A stretch of DNA of 58,534 nucleotides, counting the filler, from Dugesia japonica (lineage: Eukaryota): assembly GCA_001938525.1 (NCBI GenBank). It is 5 parts of 5 records of this genome, joined end to end, with 100 filler letters (N's around TTAATTAATTAA, not from the genome) between each part and the next. Parts side by side here need not be neighbours in the genome. Positions count along the whole stretch, not along the records: positions 9,566 to 18,425 come from MQRL01603137.1; positions 18,526 to 29,673 come from MQRL01592486.1; 3 more parts are not named here. One strand, 5' to 3'. Under the pieces are notes generated by a model. That model made no database searches and was not told the DNA's origin. It was given only the letters and a program-made list of their open reading frames with translations. A program made the translations under genes and the position numbers. Numbering within the stretch: the first letter of the stretch is position 1; every line of letters starts with the position of its first letter. This document shows, piece by piece, positions 13,328 through 25,155 of the stretch.

Positions 13328-14203
13328 CTTGACATTTGGATCACAAGAACGCCGCAGGTAACGAGAAATATTACCATAAACAGTGGTATCAACTACCAGT
13401 CCGTGATCACCAAAACCATGATAAAGAAATACAAAGGGTTTGTATCTAAGTAATCAATAATGTAATAGAAAGATAAATGACTCGGTAAAACCAACTCTGA
13501 TGCTGGGCTTGCATATTTCAAATATTCTTCCATTAACATCATCCGACCGATCATAGCCGCGACAATACTACAACTTTGTAAACGAACAGATGCTTCCAAA
13601 CCCATCGTGCAACCGTCAAATAAAACGATTCGACAACGTGGATTTCGGTCGAGAAATTCTGTGCCTTGTTCAAGACCTTCTACACTTGCTAATAAATTCT
13701 GTTTTTCTTCTTCAGTTTCTTTCATTTCTGCAATCTTATTAAGTAAAGCACTTGTATATAGACTTTTCGTAGCTTCTTTGTAATCTTTTTTAAAAGGTGG
13801 ATTTCTTCTGTTGATTAATGCCAATCTTTCTGCATATTCTTCTACCACAGGAGGATTTTCAGGACCTTCAACTAATTTACCACCATAATCTTCTGAGAAT
13901 TCTGTACTTGGAACAGACAAATCAGGTTTTGTGTCTACATCATGCATTTCTTGAGCTTCGTTGATTATTGATATGTCGGACACTTGATTAACTGATGTTG
14001 CTAATACAGCTGCAGTTTTTTGATCTGATGATATTATACCTTCCTCTTCTTCATCTCCTAACCCTTTCACTGATGGAGGAATACTGACTGGATCTGGTTC
14101 TACATTGAATTTAATATCTCACTTAAATAACCATAAAATATATACCACCATAAACTTTCAAATCTTGCTTGCGTTTATTAACTCGTGTAATATTGGAGTT
14201 ATT
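13328..14203 (-). CDS. Partial spliced gene encoding a KMT2E(MLL5)/SETD5-type SET-domain protein
   Basis: Exons 14203-14146 (tentative), 14099-13496 and 13445-13328 joined by 46- and 50-bp GT-AG introns give ...GLEASVRLQSCSIVAAMIGRMMLMEEYLKYASPASE/YKPFVFLYHGFGDHGLVVDTTVYGNISRYLRRSCDPNVK|gtaat; PFV.Y...VD...GN..R..RRSC.PN is the MLL5/SETD5/Set3 signature. Other exons not found in this scaffold. Confidence 0.85.
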
Positions 14204-14759
14204 CTTGTTAAAAGAAAGTAAATTTTCATTAGTTGTACATTCATTCTATAAATTAAAATAATTCAAGTATAATGGAAAATTTATATGCACAGTCGGATCT
14301 ATTAAATTGATGTATAATGCTGAAAGAATATTAGAATGGGTAATAAAGATCATTTTCAAAATAAATAGCTTGGTCAAATATAAAATAAAATTTCTATTAA
14401 TGTTCAAAANAATAAAATGTATTCAAATGAAGTCAATATTCCATACTAAATAAAAAGTTATGTTGATTAATGGAAATAATAATAATTTATTGTTTTATGT
14501 TAAATTTCCTTATGGAGTAATCTTTGACATGATTGTCAAACAAAATGGAATTAAACTCACTTAAATTACTGCAAAATAAATTCCACAGAAATGGGTATCC
14601 AGAAAATGGTGTCTTTTTGTTTGTCATACATTCTTTGTGTCATACATTTTTTTAAAAAAATTTCTACACTAATGTAACTGAATTATTAAAAACAATCAAT
14701 AATTACAAATTTATAATACAAATATCAAATCTGTATATTTTCATTTCAATGGAAATCCA

Positions 14760-15330
14760 GCAAGTATTCGATATAAACTGATGTTCATTATAAAATTGGA
14801 TTTTTTAATCTCACAAAAATAATTTATGACAAACAAGGTTGGACCTTTTATAATCTTTAAAATCATCGACGTAGTGGTGAAGTCATTGAAGTGTTCTTCA
14901 ATAGAGTAGAAAATTTAATCGACAAATTCATATCAACTAAAAAGCTAAAAAGAGAAAATCATGGTAAAATTGCTAATAATTTTCTCGAGTAGCAAGAAAT
15001 TATGCGAAAGTTAGAGAAAGTAGAAAATATAAAAGAAACTATCTTTAGAAAAGAAAATAGAAAGAGAACATATTAACGTAGTGCCGAGTTACTCGGGGGT
15101 AACACGTTGCGAATAAACATGGAAAAATTAACGAAAAGAACAGTACCAGAGTGTTGGACATGACACAGTTATGGCCACACAAAAAGAGAGTCTCCCAACA
15201 ATTCACAAATAGAATTCTGGACTTACTACAGGAAATGGCATAAAGTAGAAATAGTCCAGATAAGAAACTACCAAAATGTTTTCATTGTGATAACATTAAT
15301 GACATCAGAAGGTTGGGGATGTCAAAAAAT
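14760..15330 (+). pseudogene. Decayed LTR-retrotransposon gag with CCHC zinc-knuckle remnants
   Basis: ECWT*HSYGHTKRESP and LPKCFHCDNI..IRR remnants; many stops. Confidence 0.55.
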
Positions 15331-15589
15331 TTAACCAAGTTTTTAAAACAATCTCACAATATGAACCATGTGCAATAAATGATACATATGTGAAACATAA
15401 ATTCGAACAATAATTGAAGAACACCTAAAACAGAATGAAAGTGAAGTTTACAAACACTTTATGCACACACATAATATTCAAGCCGACCATAATAATATAA
15501 AATGCTAAATATTAAATTCATACTATATTTCCGCCCTCTTTAGAAAAAAGCACGATGAAATCTTATTCAAAGAGCTTAAATCTGAAGTC

Positions 15590-16480
15590 AAAATAATTTT
15601 TAATAATTTTATCCGATGAAAAAATCAGGAAAAAAACTTTAAATATAATTTTTAAAAACAATAGCAAATTTTTAATAAAAAATAAATAACACCATTTAAA
15701 ATACCACTCTATTGTAATATATTTCGACATATTATTCAGTGTATCTTAGTCAAACGAAAAATTCTCATATATTTTTTAATAATTTTATCTAATAAAAATC
15801 AGGATAAAAAATCTCAATCAATAAAATTTCTAATAATTTTACCTAATAAATTAGAATTTATTTAAAATAAAAGCTTCGATCCAAATTTGTTTTTTTTTTT
15901 GGTTTATTGAGATTAATTCGATATTTCGACTTTGTCTTCGACAGGAATTGACTTTTTACAGGAATAAAAATATCGAAATATTGAATTAATCTCAAAAAAC
16001 GTAAAAAACAAATTTTGATCGAAGCTTTTATTTTAAATGAATTCTGAAAAAAAAATGGTTACGTCCAACAATTAATTGCAATTGTAAAATAATAAATCTG
16101 GGGAAAATTGTAATATATTTTTTAATAATTTTCTCCAATAATAATAAGGATAAAAAATTTCACTATAATTTTTAATATTTTCCAATAAAAAAAATCAGGA
16201 TAAAAATTTCAATATAATTTTTAATAATTTAACCCAATAAATCAAGGAAAAACTGTCATATATTTTTTAATAATTTTATCCAATAAAAATCAGGATAAAA
16301 ATCTCCATCAATAAAATTTTTNNNNNNNNNNNNNNNNNAAAATATTGGGAAATAAAGTTTAATCAATATGATTTTTAATAATTTTTTTCAATAGAAAAAT
16401 CAGGATAAAAATCTCCATCAATAAAATTTTTAATAATTTTATCCAATCAAAATATTGGGAAATAAAGTTTAATCAATANN
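15590..16480. repeat. AT-rich tandem satellite, ~50-bp unit (TTTTAATAATTTTATCCAATAAAAATCAGGATAAAAA...)
   Basis: More than ten degenerate copies visible; interrupted by the insertion at 15853-16089 and by gaps. Confidence 0.8.
15853..16089 (+). mobile_element. Palindromic hammerhead-bearing insertion inside the satellite
   Basis: Inverted arms plus family tail; left arm (minus strand, 15915-15952) reads CAATTC-CTGTCGA-A-GAC-AAA-GTC-GAAA-TA-TC-GAATT; flanks share TAATAAAT. Confidence 0.82.
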
Positions 16481-17238
16481 NNNNNNNNNNNNNNNNNNNN
16501 NNNNNNNNNNNNNNNNNNNNNNNNNNNNNNNNNNNNNNNNNNNNNNNNNNNNNNNNNNNNNNNNNNNNNNNNNNNNNNNNNNNNNNNNNNNNNNNNNNNN
16601 NNNNNNNNNNNNNNNNNNNNNNNNNNNNNNNNNNNNNNNNNNNNNNNNNNNNNAAATTTTATTTACTTTCAAAAATATGAATAAATCCGAAAAACATCCC
16701 TGCAGAAGACAAAAATCGAAAATTGTGGATAAATTAAATAAAAGAAATTTTGATCTACATCTTAGTATTTTTTTCTTATTATTTCACAAAATAATCAATA
16801 ATAGTTAAGTTTATATTTAATAATTTATTATAAAGTGAAATTTACCTTTGTTTCTCGGAATTTTACGAGAGAATCTTTATGCTTTCTATCATCACTTTTT
16901 ATTTTACATCGCTGAGGTAATTTATCAGTTAACTGATTGTTCAAATGCCAATTTTTCCGTGAATTTTGAATAGCTTTTGCGCGTGGTATATCTACTTTGA
17001 TATCACTGCATTTCTGGCAACGATGCTTGAGGAAATTTTGCACAAGTCTCGGATTAACATACATACAGTCGAGATGTTGCTTTATTCTATTGGAAATTTA
17101 CATTATTACTGCGAAAATAAATGTAAAATATTGTAAAAAGTTTCATTTATACAGTTTTCCAGAGATTTATTGAAATTTTTAATTAACTGAAATGGCAATC
17201 TTGTTAACACTTCTAAGAAAACCTTTTTCACATACATC

Positions 17239-18390
17239 TTTTGGACCCCGGTAAGAAATCAATATAATTTCTTCGAGATTTATTGCTAATCTTAACAAAT
17301 AACACAGGAATTCTCGATACAAACATATTTTCTACATTTAGCGCATACTATGAACATCGAACAGAATCCCATTTTTTGCACATTTGGTGAGTAGATCATC
17401 AATATTCTCTTCAGGATGTTCTTTAAATATTTCTTTTCTTTCATAAATAAGCTTCTTCGAAATTCCCCTTCAGACCCTCAAGAATTCTGGATATTTTTTA
17501 ATATAGAGAATATAAGCATTGTTGTAAAAAAGATAATTCAAATTCAGTTGAGAACATTTATTTTGGACCCCTGTAAGAAATCTATATAATTTCTTCGAGA
17601 TTTGTTGCCAATCTTAACAAATAACACAGGAATTCTCAATACAAACATATTTTCTACATTTAGCGTATACTTTGAACCTCGAACAGATTTTACATCTCCA
17701 ATTTTTTGCACATTTGGTGAATGGGTTCATTAATATTCTCTTCAGAATGTTCTTTAAATATTTCTNNNNNNNNNNNNNNNNNNNNNNNNNNNNNNNNNNN
17801 NNTCAGAACGTCAAGAATTCTGGATATTTTGTAATATAGAGAATATAAGCATTGTTGTAAATTAAATTGTTGTAAAAAAGGTAATTCAAATTCACTTGAG
17901 AACAGTTCTTCACCTGAAGCGTTTATCGATTTAGAAATTCCAAAAGCCAAAGTTTTTATTTGGTGATAAAGGTTTCAAGTGCAGAATTGATAGATATACA
18001 AGAATTTGTTCAATTATTTCTGAGGTGATAAAAATTTTGAAACAATCAAATGGACTAGATATTCTTGTCGCTATTTGTCTTGGTAGTCCTTTCTGAGCGG
18101 TAAATAGATTCAATGTGGATGTTTTTCTATTATTTCTTTCAGATTTTTCAAAATTCCTTTTTTTGTACATTTTCGAAGTTGGTAAAATAATAATATCAGC
18201 TGTCTTTGGAAATAATGGAGTTTTCATTTGATGTAGAATCTATTTCAGGGAGGACTAGAAATCTTCAGGATAAGGAACGGTTGAAAAATTTTCTGCTTCA
18301 CTTAAACCTTCAAGAAAATCAGTTTCACTTTCCTATATCCCGTTTTAAGTGTTAAGAAGAGATGCAGCTTCTTCAGGTATGAGCATTAAA
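17239..18390 (-). mobile_element. Internally deleted piggyBac relic with tandemly duplicated 3' end
   Basis: N-terminal RKTSTLNLFTAQKGLPRQIATRISSPFDCFKIFITSEIIEQIL; C-terminal Cys-rich RCKICSR...CAKCRKYVCIENSCVIC; GGGGTCCAAAA subterminal motif; ~320-bp block repeated at 17239-17557 and 17561-17904; catalytic core absent. Confidence 0.75.
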
Positions 18391-18812
18391 AAATTTAATA
18401 CTTTATTTTTTCTTTTTTCCTTATANNNNNNNNNNNNNNNNNNNNNNNNNNNNNNNNNNNNNNNNNNNNTTAATTAATTAANNNNNNNNNNNNNNNNNNN
18501 NNNNNNNNNNNNNNNNNNNNNNNNNACCCTAACCCAACCAAATACATACCATTGCTCTGTAATTAATGATACAATGTTTTGGAGTCAATGCTGGTTGTTA
18601 ACCTGTGTTCACCCATGACCTTTTGTGTTTGAAATAGATCTATCTTGCATAACTCTTTTTTGATGTCTGGCAAGCAATGATACCAAGGTGTTAAAAACGA
18701 TTCTCAATTGCACTTTAAAAAATAATGTTGAATCCGTTTTAATTATTTCTGAAACTTCCCCATCGCATGCAAACGATTTGAAATTGTTGTAGGACAGACA
18801 CATTTAGTAATA

Positions 18813-19060
18813 TTATATATTCACTAAGATTCTGAGTAGAGTCCACATCCGATAATCCTTCATAACGGCATCACTAAACCTTTTAGGCTTACCTCGGCGT
18901 GTTTTATCAACAACCTCGTGATCGCCACTTTTAAATCGTTGAAACCATTCTTTACACGTCATTTCTGATTGAGCAAAATTGTCATAAGTCTCAGACACTA
19001 TACGATAGGCTTACAATGCAGTTTTGTACATATCAAAATAGTACAGAATGGGAGCCACGT
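18813..19060 (-). pseudogene. Mos1-like mariner transposase N-terminal HTH fragment
   Basis: SETYDNFAQSEMTCKEWFQRFKSGDHEVVDKTRRGKPKRFSD. Confidence 0.85.
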
Positions 19061-19364
19061 CAAAATATTCCATCAAAAATTTTATATCAAAATTTTTGAA
19101 AAACGTNNNNNNNNNNNNNNNNNNNNNNNNNNNNNNNNNNNNNNNNNNNNNNNNNNNNNNNNNNNNNNNNNNNNNNNNNNNNNNNNNNNNAAAAAAATAA
19201 GACTTTTTTTTAAAGAAATTAAGAATTTATAGCCATTTTATGTTCAGTATCATCGCATTAATATTTGTTTAAATAATATAAACTAAATAAACTCATTTTT
19301 TCATTTTTGTCTGATGATGAAACAAATTTGATCTATAAAGTTTTGTTTTAAATGGCGTTATTTA

Positions 19365-19573
19365 TTTTGTATTAATATATTATTTTATTATATTATATTT
19401 TATATTATTAATATATAATTTTATTATATTTTATTTTATTATTATATTATATAATAATATTAAATAATTTTATTATATTATATATTATTATGTATTAATA
19501 TTATTATTATTATTATTATTATTATCATTATTATTATTTTTTAAGGATTGTTGTATTTTGTCTTGGGATTATT

Positions 19574-19622
<49 letters not shown>

Positions 19623-19785
19623 NNNNNNNNNATATATTAATAATACTATATAATATAAAATAATAATATATAATAATTTTAAATAATATATATTTCAAAA
19701 AAATTATTTAATATTATTATATAATATATTAATAATATAATATATAATATAATAAAATAATATATTAATAATAATAATTATAAAA
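19365..19785. repeat. (ATT)n/(AAT)n microsatellite and AT low-complexity tract
   Basis: Direct reading. Confidence 0.9.
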
Positions 19786-20044
19786 TTTTTGACGGGTCAC
19801 CAACAGCATGACATGTCGAAAAAACTGATTCTCGCGTTCCATGTTTTACAAACTAAAATTATGTGGTTAAGGTAACTTTGGTTTTAATTTTTCATTAAAT
19901 TATGATAGATATATAACTTAGTTTAAGTTTCGCTTTTTAAAAATATCACTCTTTATTATCAGCGGCGGTAATTATTTAAAAAAATAATGTGGTATAAAAT
20001 ATTATATAAATATATGAATACATGATATTGATATATCAAGTTAC

Positions 20045-20682
20045 TTGTTATTTTCTTTTCTAGCACAACAATTAGTTCTTCTCCAATCTCAGCAACAGTT
20101 TTCGGAGCGAGATGTTTAATTTTAATAGATTTATTTTCTTTTGAAACTAAGAAAAATAATTCTTTTATACAATTGAATTATGAAACATTAATTCAACTTT
20201 GTGATTTAATTATTTCTGAATAAATTTCGCACGCCGGTAATTCGTGCTGGAACAATGTAGCTTTCAAGCGCACAATGTCCCTATTTTGATTGAAAAATGT
20301 TTTTGCTTGAGATTCGGAAAAATGAGGATAAAGTTCTGAAATCAAGAAGCTTGGTAGAAATTTATTTAACAGATAAACTACTCACGTTTGATCAGCGGCA
20401 TAGCTTCCTTATTTTTCATTTTTCGAATACCCAATGATTCTAGTCTGAATTATATTAATTGGATAATTTAATAGTAATCAAATAAAAATCTGAATACAAT
20501 TCTATGGAAACTCGAACATTTGTTCTCATTTTTATATCATAATCCCAGTGCATTTGTTTGTACAAGAATCTATGGGGGACGCTCATATTTGATACCCACT
20601 TTGTCAAATACGCCCCTTATAGTTTTTCAAATTTAGACAATATTTATTATTTTGTACAACACTCATTCTTTTCGATATAAAA
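20045..20682 (-). CDS. Partial spliced gene or pseudogene encoding a divergent Rel homology region (RHD C-terminal half plus start of IPT/dimerisation domain)
   Basis: Exons ~20615(or 20682)-20498, 20444-20386, 20335-20198 and 20146-20045 with 53/50/51-bp GT-AG introns splice in frame to AYLTKWVSNMSVPHRFLYKQMHWDYDIKMRTNVRVSIELLESLGIRKMKNKEAMPLIKQLYPHFSESQAKTFFNQNRDIVRLKATLFQHELPACEIYSEIIKSQISKENKSIKIKHLAPKTVAEIGEELIVVLEKKIT; motif order and spacing follow Rel proteins (TK..PH...K, LGI, VRL, S..I, LKI, GDE). Confidence 0.7.
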
Positions 20683-22771
20683 CTATACAAAACCATTTTT
20701 ACAAATTGATTTTACAAAAAAATTGATTTTACAAATTGATCCATTTTTACAAAAATAAACTCTACAAATAAAGGAAATGAAACATTTTCCTTCGGGAGAC
20801 GGAGTCCCCGCGTCCCCCACAAAAATAGCCGTGCATAAATCTATATATTATACAACATAATATACAAGACTAATATCTTCTTGATACATGTAAATAAATC
20901 GATTTTTACTACATTCACAAAGAAGTGCCAAAAATTCACCATCTAATTTCCGTGTTAGTACATTTTGATTTGGTATAGCAATAATTAAAATCGTGTAATT
21001 TATCGATTTTACAATCAAAATCATTAAAACTTCTTCAGAACAGGTTTCTCCATTGTTAATTTTCAATTTTTTTAATCATAATTTTAAATTTTTCATTACT
21101 GTTTGGAAAGTATTTTAAAAATTTCGATTATTTATTGAGATAAAATTCAAACCACATTAAAACATCTAATAATTACTAATAGTAAGTGGTATTCAATTGG
21201 TTCCTTAAATTTCAAATAGAATATTGATTTATGGGCAAACTATTATAATACAATGAACTTTTAATTTTTACAAGATGTTTATTTAATCTTAGATAAATAT
21301 TAAAGCATTTTCAAATCATTTGTGTATTTGCACAATTTACATCTTGAACAACTTGATAATTTGTTGTCAGATAATTCCTGGCGAATTCATTAATTACATA
21401 ATTGCAATCACAATTTACATCATTTAAATCTCGAAATAAATTATCATTTAATTAGTATTATATTCAACCTTTGGGAACTCCAAAACTAACGATTTTGTAC
21501 TATTCAGTCATTAATTTTTGTGATAAAATCTTACTTATTATCATCGAATATTGATTGTATATATGAATTTAATTCATTTCTAATTTCTTTATAGAATTAA
21601 ATTCTATTTTTTGTAATACCTGCTTCCATTCAAACATTCCTTTCCGAATTCGTTTATTTGATAGCCCTCATTTTGATGCACAAGAAATTTCATACTAGCT
21701 CACAATCATACACATCATGTTGTATTTCACATTCGAATATCATCTGAATATAAATTTATTTTAGAAAATAATTCACTCAACTACGGTTTTGTCGTTAGGA
21801 TTACCAAAACCTAAAATCCAAAATTCTGAACATAAATACATGTTATGAGAAGTAGATTTCATCACAATATAGAATCAATAATTATTTTTCCATACCATAA
21901 CAAAAAAAATCATTCTTTTTGTAAAGTATAATGATGATTTGATCCATTTTTTTCATGGATTTATTTAGAGACGTTGAAATAATTCATAAATATAATTCTT
22001 CATAATTATTAATATAATTAATAATATTCATCATAATTAATAATATTAATAATCAATAATGATTTTTCCAAAGCATAACAAACAGTCATTGTTTGTATAA
22101 ATTATAAACATGATTTGATCCATTGTTTTTTCATGGATTTATTTATTCACATTGAAATAATTCATAAATATAATTCTTCATGATTATATTATATTCATCT
22201 CAATGTTTATTAACAATCTCATTGATTCGAGATCATTCATTATCCATCCGTATCAATAATTGATTTATTGGTATAATGATTGACATTTTACTGATATTAA
22301 ATTAGAAATCTTCATTAATTTAATTATTATTGGTTTATAAATTAGAAAAGAAACCAATGTAATTGAGACAGCAAGACTATTCAAATACAACATTATTTTT
22401 GTACAAATTTATTCTTTAGAGCAGGTGTATCCAAATCTTCAATCCGAGAACCACATTGGGTATTCCAGCATTTTTCAGCAGACGGTTGTAAAGAGAGATA
22501 AATAATCAAAGTATAGACAACAGTAAATTCAATGAAGTTAGTCATATTTTTGTGGACCTCATAAAATCTGAAGATGTTTACACTTGAAAACTTAGAAATC
22601 CATTATTTTTTGCTATATTTATTTCAAATTAAATATTATTTCAGTTTAATGCAGTTATTTTTGTTTTGTTCTCATACGTTTTCACAATGTATAATTTTAA
22701 CTCAATTGCAACTATCATTGAGCTATTTTTTATTGAATTGACGCTTACACATTTTCTTTAAGGATTTAGCT

Positions 22772-24411
22772 CAGGGGTCTCAAACTCAAAATATCTTTAG
22801 GGCCGCGTTAGATTAAATGAGTTAGTCAACTTGCCACATTTATGCTGTAACTCACTGTAACACTTTGTACCACTGTATACAACACTACTAGTAATCGTAT
22901 TGTCAAATAAACGTAGTATATTATGTTGTATTTGTTAGTTAAATCTGACAATGATTATTTATTTTCGAATTAGCTACAATTTTTTTTACATTATTAGCTA
23001 CATTGCCATTAGCTACAATTTTTCATAATCATTTCCTTATAGTCAGGGCTTAATTTCTGCCGGAATGGCATTCCGGTTCTTTTTTAAAAATATTACGTGA
23101 AAATTTTTCTTATTAGTTTTGGTTTTTCAATTCCTATTCCTATCCCTTGCTTATCAACGAAAAAAATAAAATATAATTTTTTTTNNNNNNNNNNNNNNNN
23201 NNNNNNNNNNNNNNNNNNNNNNNNNNNNNNNNNNNNNNNNNNNNNNNNNNNNNAAATTTATTCACATAGTAGGCTATATGTTTCAAAAGTAGTTAAGAAA
23301 CCAATTCTGATTGTCACTTTGATTTTGGTTTATGCCGATATCAGTTAGCTTGCGTTTAGTGTGTAATTTCGATTTTTTTAATGGAGAGTTATTGTTATTT
23401 TGTATTATATAATTAGAAATTGTCTTCTTTTATTTTGATTATTTAAGTGTTTCTTAAATGTTTTTAAGTTTTCGCTGTTTCGTAAATATTTTATATTTGC
23501 AGTTTTCCATAGTATATTATAGCATTTCTAATATTAATATTTTATATTTCTTAATTCATTTTAGTATCTTAAAGTATTTCTTATATTTTAACGACNNNNN
23601 NNNNNNNNNNNNNNNNNNNNNNNNNNNNNNNNNNNNNNNNNNNNNNNNNNNNNNNNNNNNNNNNNNNNNNNNNNNNNNNNNNNNNNNNNNNNNNNNNNNN
23701 NNNNNNNNNNNNNNNNNNNNNNNNNNNNNNNNNNNNNNNNNNNNNNNNNNNNNNNNNNNNNNNNNNNNNNNNNTTTTTTAAATCCTAAAATGTGTGTTCG
23801 CAGTTGGATAGCCAAAGGAAAACATAGTGCTCTAGACACTCAATCGAAATCTAGGAGTGCTAAAGTATATGACGAAAATATTGGGAAAATATGAAATTTA
23901 TTATAAGGTTTTTTGTATAATAAATATTTAAACTGAAATTAACTCTAACTATATTCTTTAAAATTTTAATTTTATATAAAAAATAGTAAATTAAAACACT
24001 ATTTTTCCGTGCGTTCCGATTATTTTTTTTAGAAATTAAGGTCTGCTTATAGTCATCTTATTACATGTTTAGTATATTTAGTAGACTAATTATTGCAAAC
24101 CCTAGAAATATTATTTTTAAATCAATAAAATAACTATTAAAACATTTATTCTGGAGATGACGGATATTATAACAAAAGAATTTGTTAAAATTTATTTTCT
24201 GTATTTTATCAAATATTTTATCATATTGTAATTATTGAAAAATTAAATTAATAATTATGAAATAAAAATGAAATCAAATTTCAATTAAAAGCTATAATTA
24301 TTTGCAATCAAAGTAAAGCTGTATTTGTTTCCCAGTAATTTTTGCAAAGTCCCAGTGAAACATTACGGGCCACATTGAAATACCTTACGGGTCGCATGTT
24401 TGAGACCCCTG
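22772..24411. mobile_element. hAT (Buster/Charlie-type) non-autonomous element, middle
   Basis: Perfect TIRs CAGGGGTCTCAAAC / GTTTGAGACCCCTG; TSD ATTTAGCT (22764-22771) / ATTTATCT (24412-24419). Confidence 0.88.
23044..24045. mobile_element. hAT-type MITE, innermost
   Basis: TIRs CAGGGCTTAATTTCT / AGAAATTAAGGTCTG; perfect 8-bp TSD CTTATAGT at 23036-23043 and 24046-24053. Confidence 0.88.
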
Positions 24412-24849
24412 ATTTATCTGGAAATCACTTCACTTGAAGTACAATTCCTTTACATACTGGATGAAATTATATCTCGGATTGTAAATTGGAAACCCCTGCT
24501 TTAAAGAAATNNNNNNNNNNNNNNNNNNNNNNNNNNNNNNNNNNNNNNNNNNNNNNNNNNNNNNNNNNNNNNNNNNNNNNAAAAAACCTTTTTCTTGAGT
24601 AAAAATACTATTAAGTCTAATTCTGTGCACAATTAATTAGTAGATGGTTCCAATAAATTCGAACATGCATGAAGCTTTTCTGATAAGCTGTGAATAACTT
24701 TTAAAGATATGAAAATTTACAGATAACTAAACTTTTTTTGATGTTAAAATTTTAAGATTGAACAAATTCAATTCAATGTAATACTTGCTAAAAGTGAATT
24801 AGAAACCTTTTAATTGAATGAATTTTACGATAATGATTGTTTAAATAGA

Positions 24850-25155
24850 TCTTATGTTATCCTGGAAGGTAAAGAAACGCAAGAAATGGACAAGCATACG
24901 AGAATACCAAAATTATCGCGAATACCAGTAATGATTTAAAAAAGTGCGATTTCGAGGCAAACGATTTCTGTGCATTACTGAGAAAAATAGAAAAAACTTT
25001 AATAATCAAAAAAGAAACTATTCTACATGAAGATTTACACAAAACAAAAATCTATCCCAAATGAACTAAAATTGCATATAGAAGACATCATTATAGTCAC
25101 CAGAAATTATCCAAATTTCCTGGAATCAATTGACACATGTGATGAAACGTGGCAG
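24850..25155 (+). pseudogene. Mariner transposase fragment
   Basis: IKKETILHEDLHKTKI..K and NYPNFLESIDTCDETW (first catalytic D region). Confidence 0.7.

Larger units (their letters stand above)
22422..24498. mobile_element. hAT (Buster/Charlie-type) non-autonomous element, outermost of three nested
   Basis: TIRs CAGGTGTATCCAA / TTGGAAACCCCTG; 8-bp TSD CTTTAGAG (22414-22421) / CTTTAAAG (24499-24506), nnnTAnnn pattern. Confidence 0.75.

Noticed and set aside
13393-13495. Hydrophobic C-terminus of the 225-aa ORF as a transmembrane segment
   Set aside because: It is intron read-through plus the wrong frame of the next SET exon
14575-14655. PHD-like remnant (NV*HKECM...DTHFCG) upstream of the SET exons
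   Set aside because: Requires a stop and a frameshift and has no clear splice sites; too weak to call
19795-19855. KTWNARISF as the next IPT exon of the RHD gene (cf. WEARGSF)
   Set aside because: The frame stops within a few codons, the preceding strand is missing, and the segment shares GGAACGCGAGA with repeat-like sequence near 10056; probably transposon-derived
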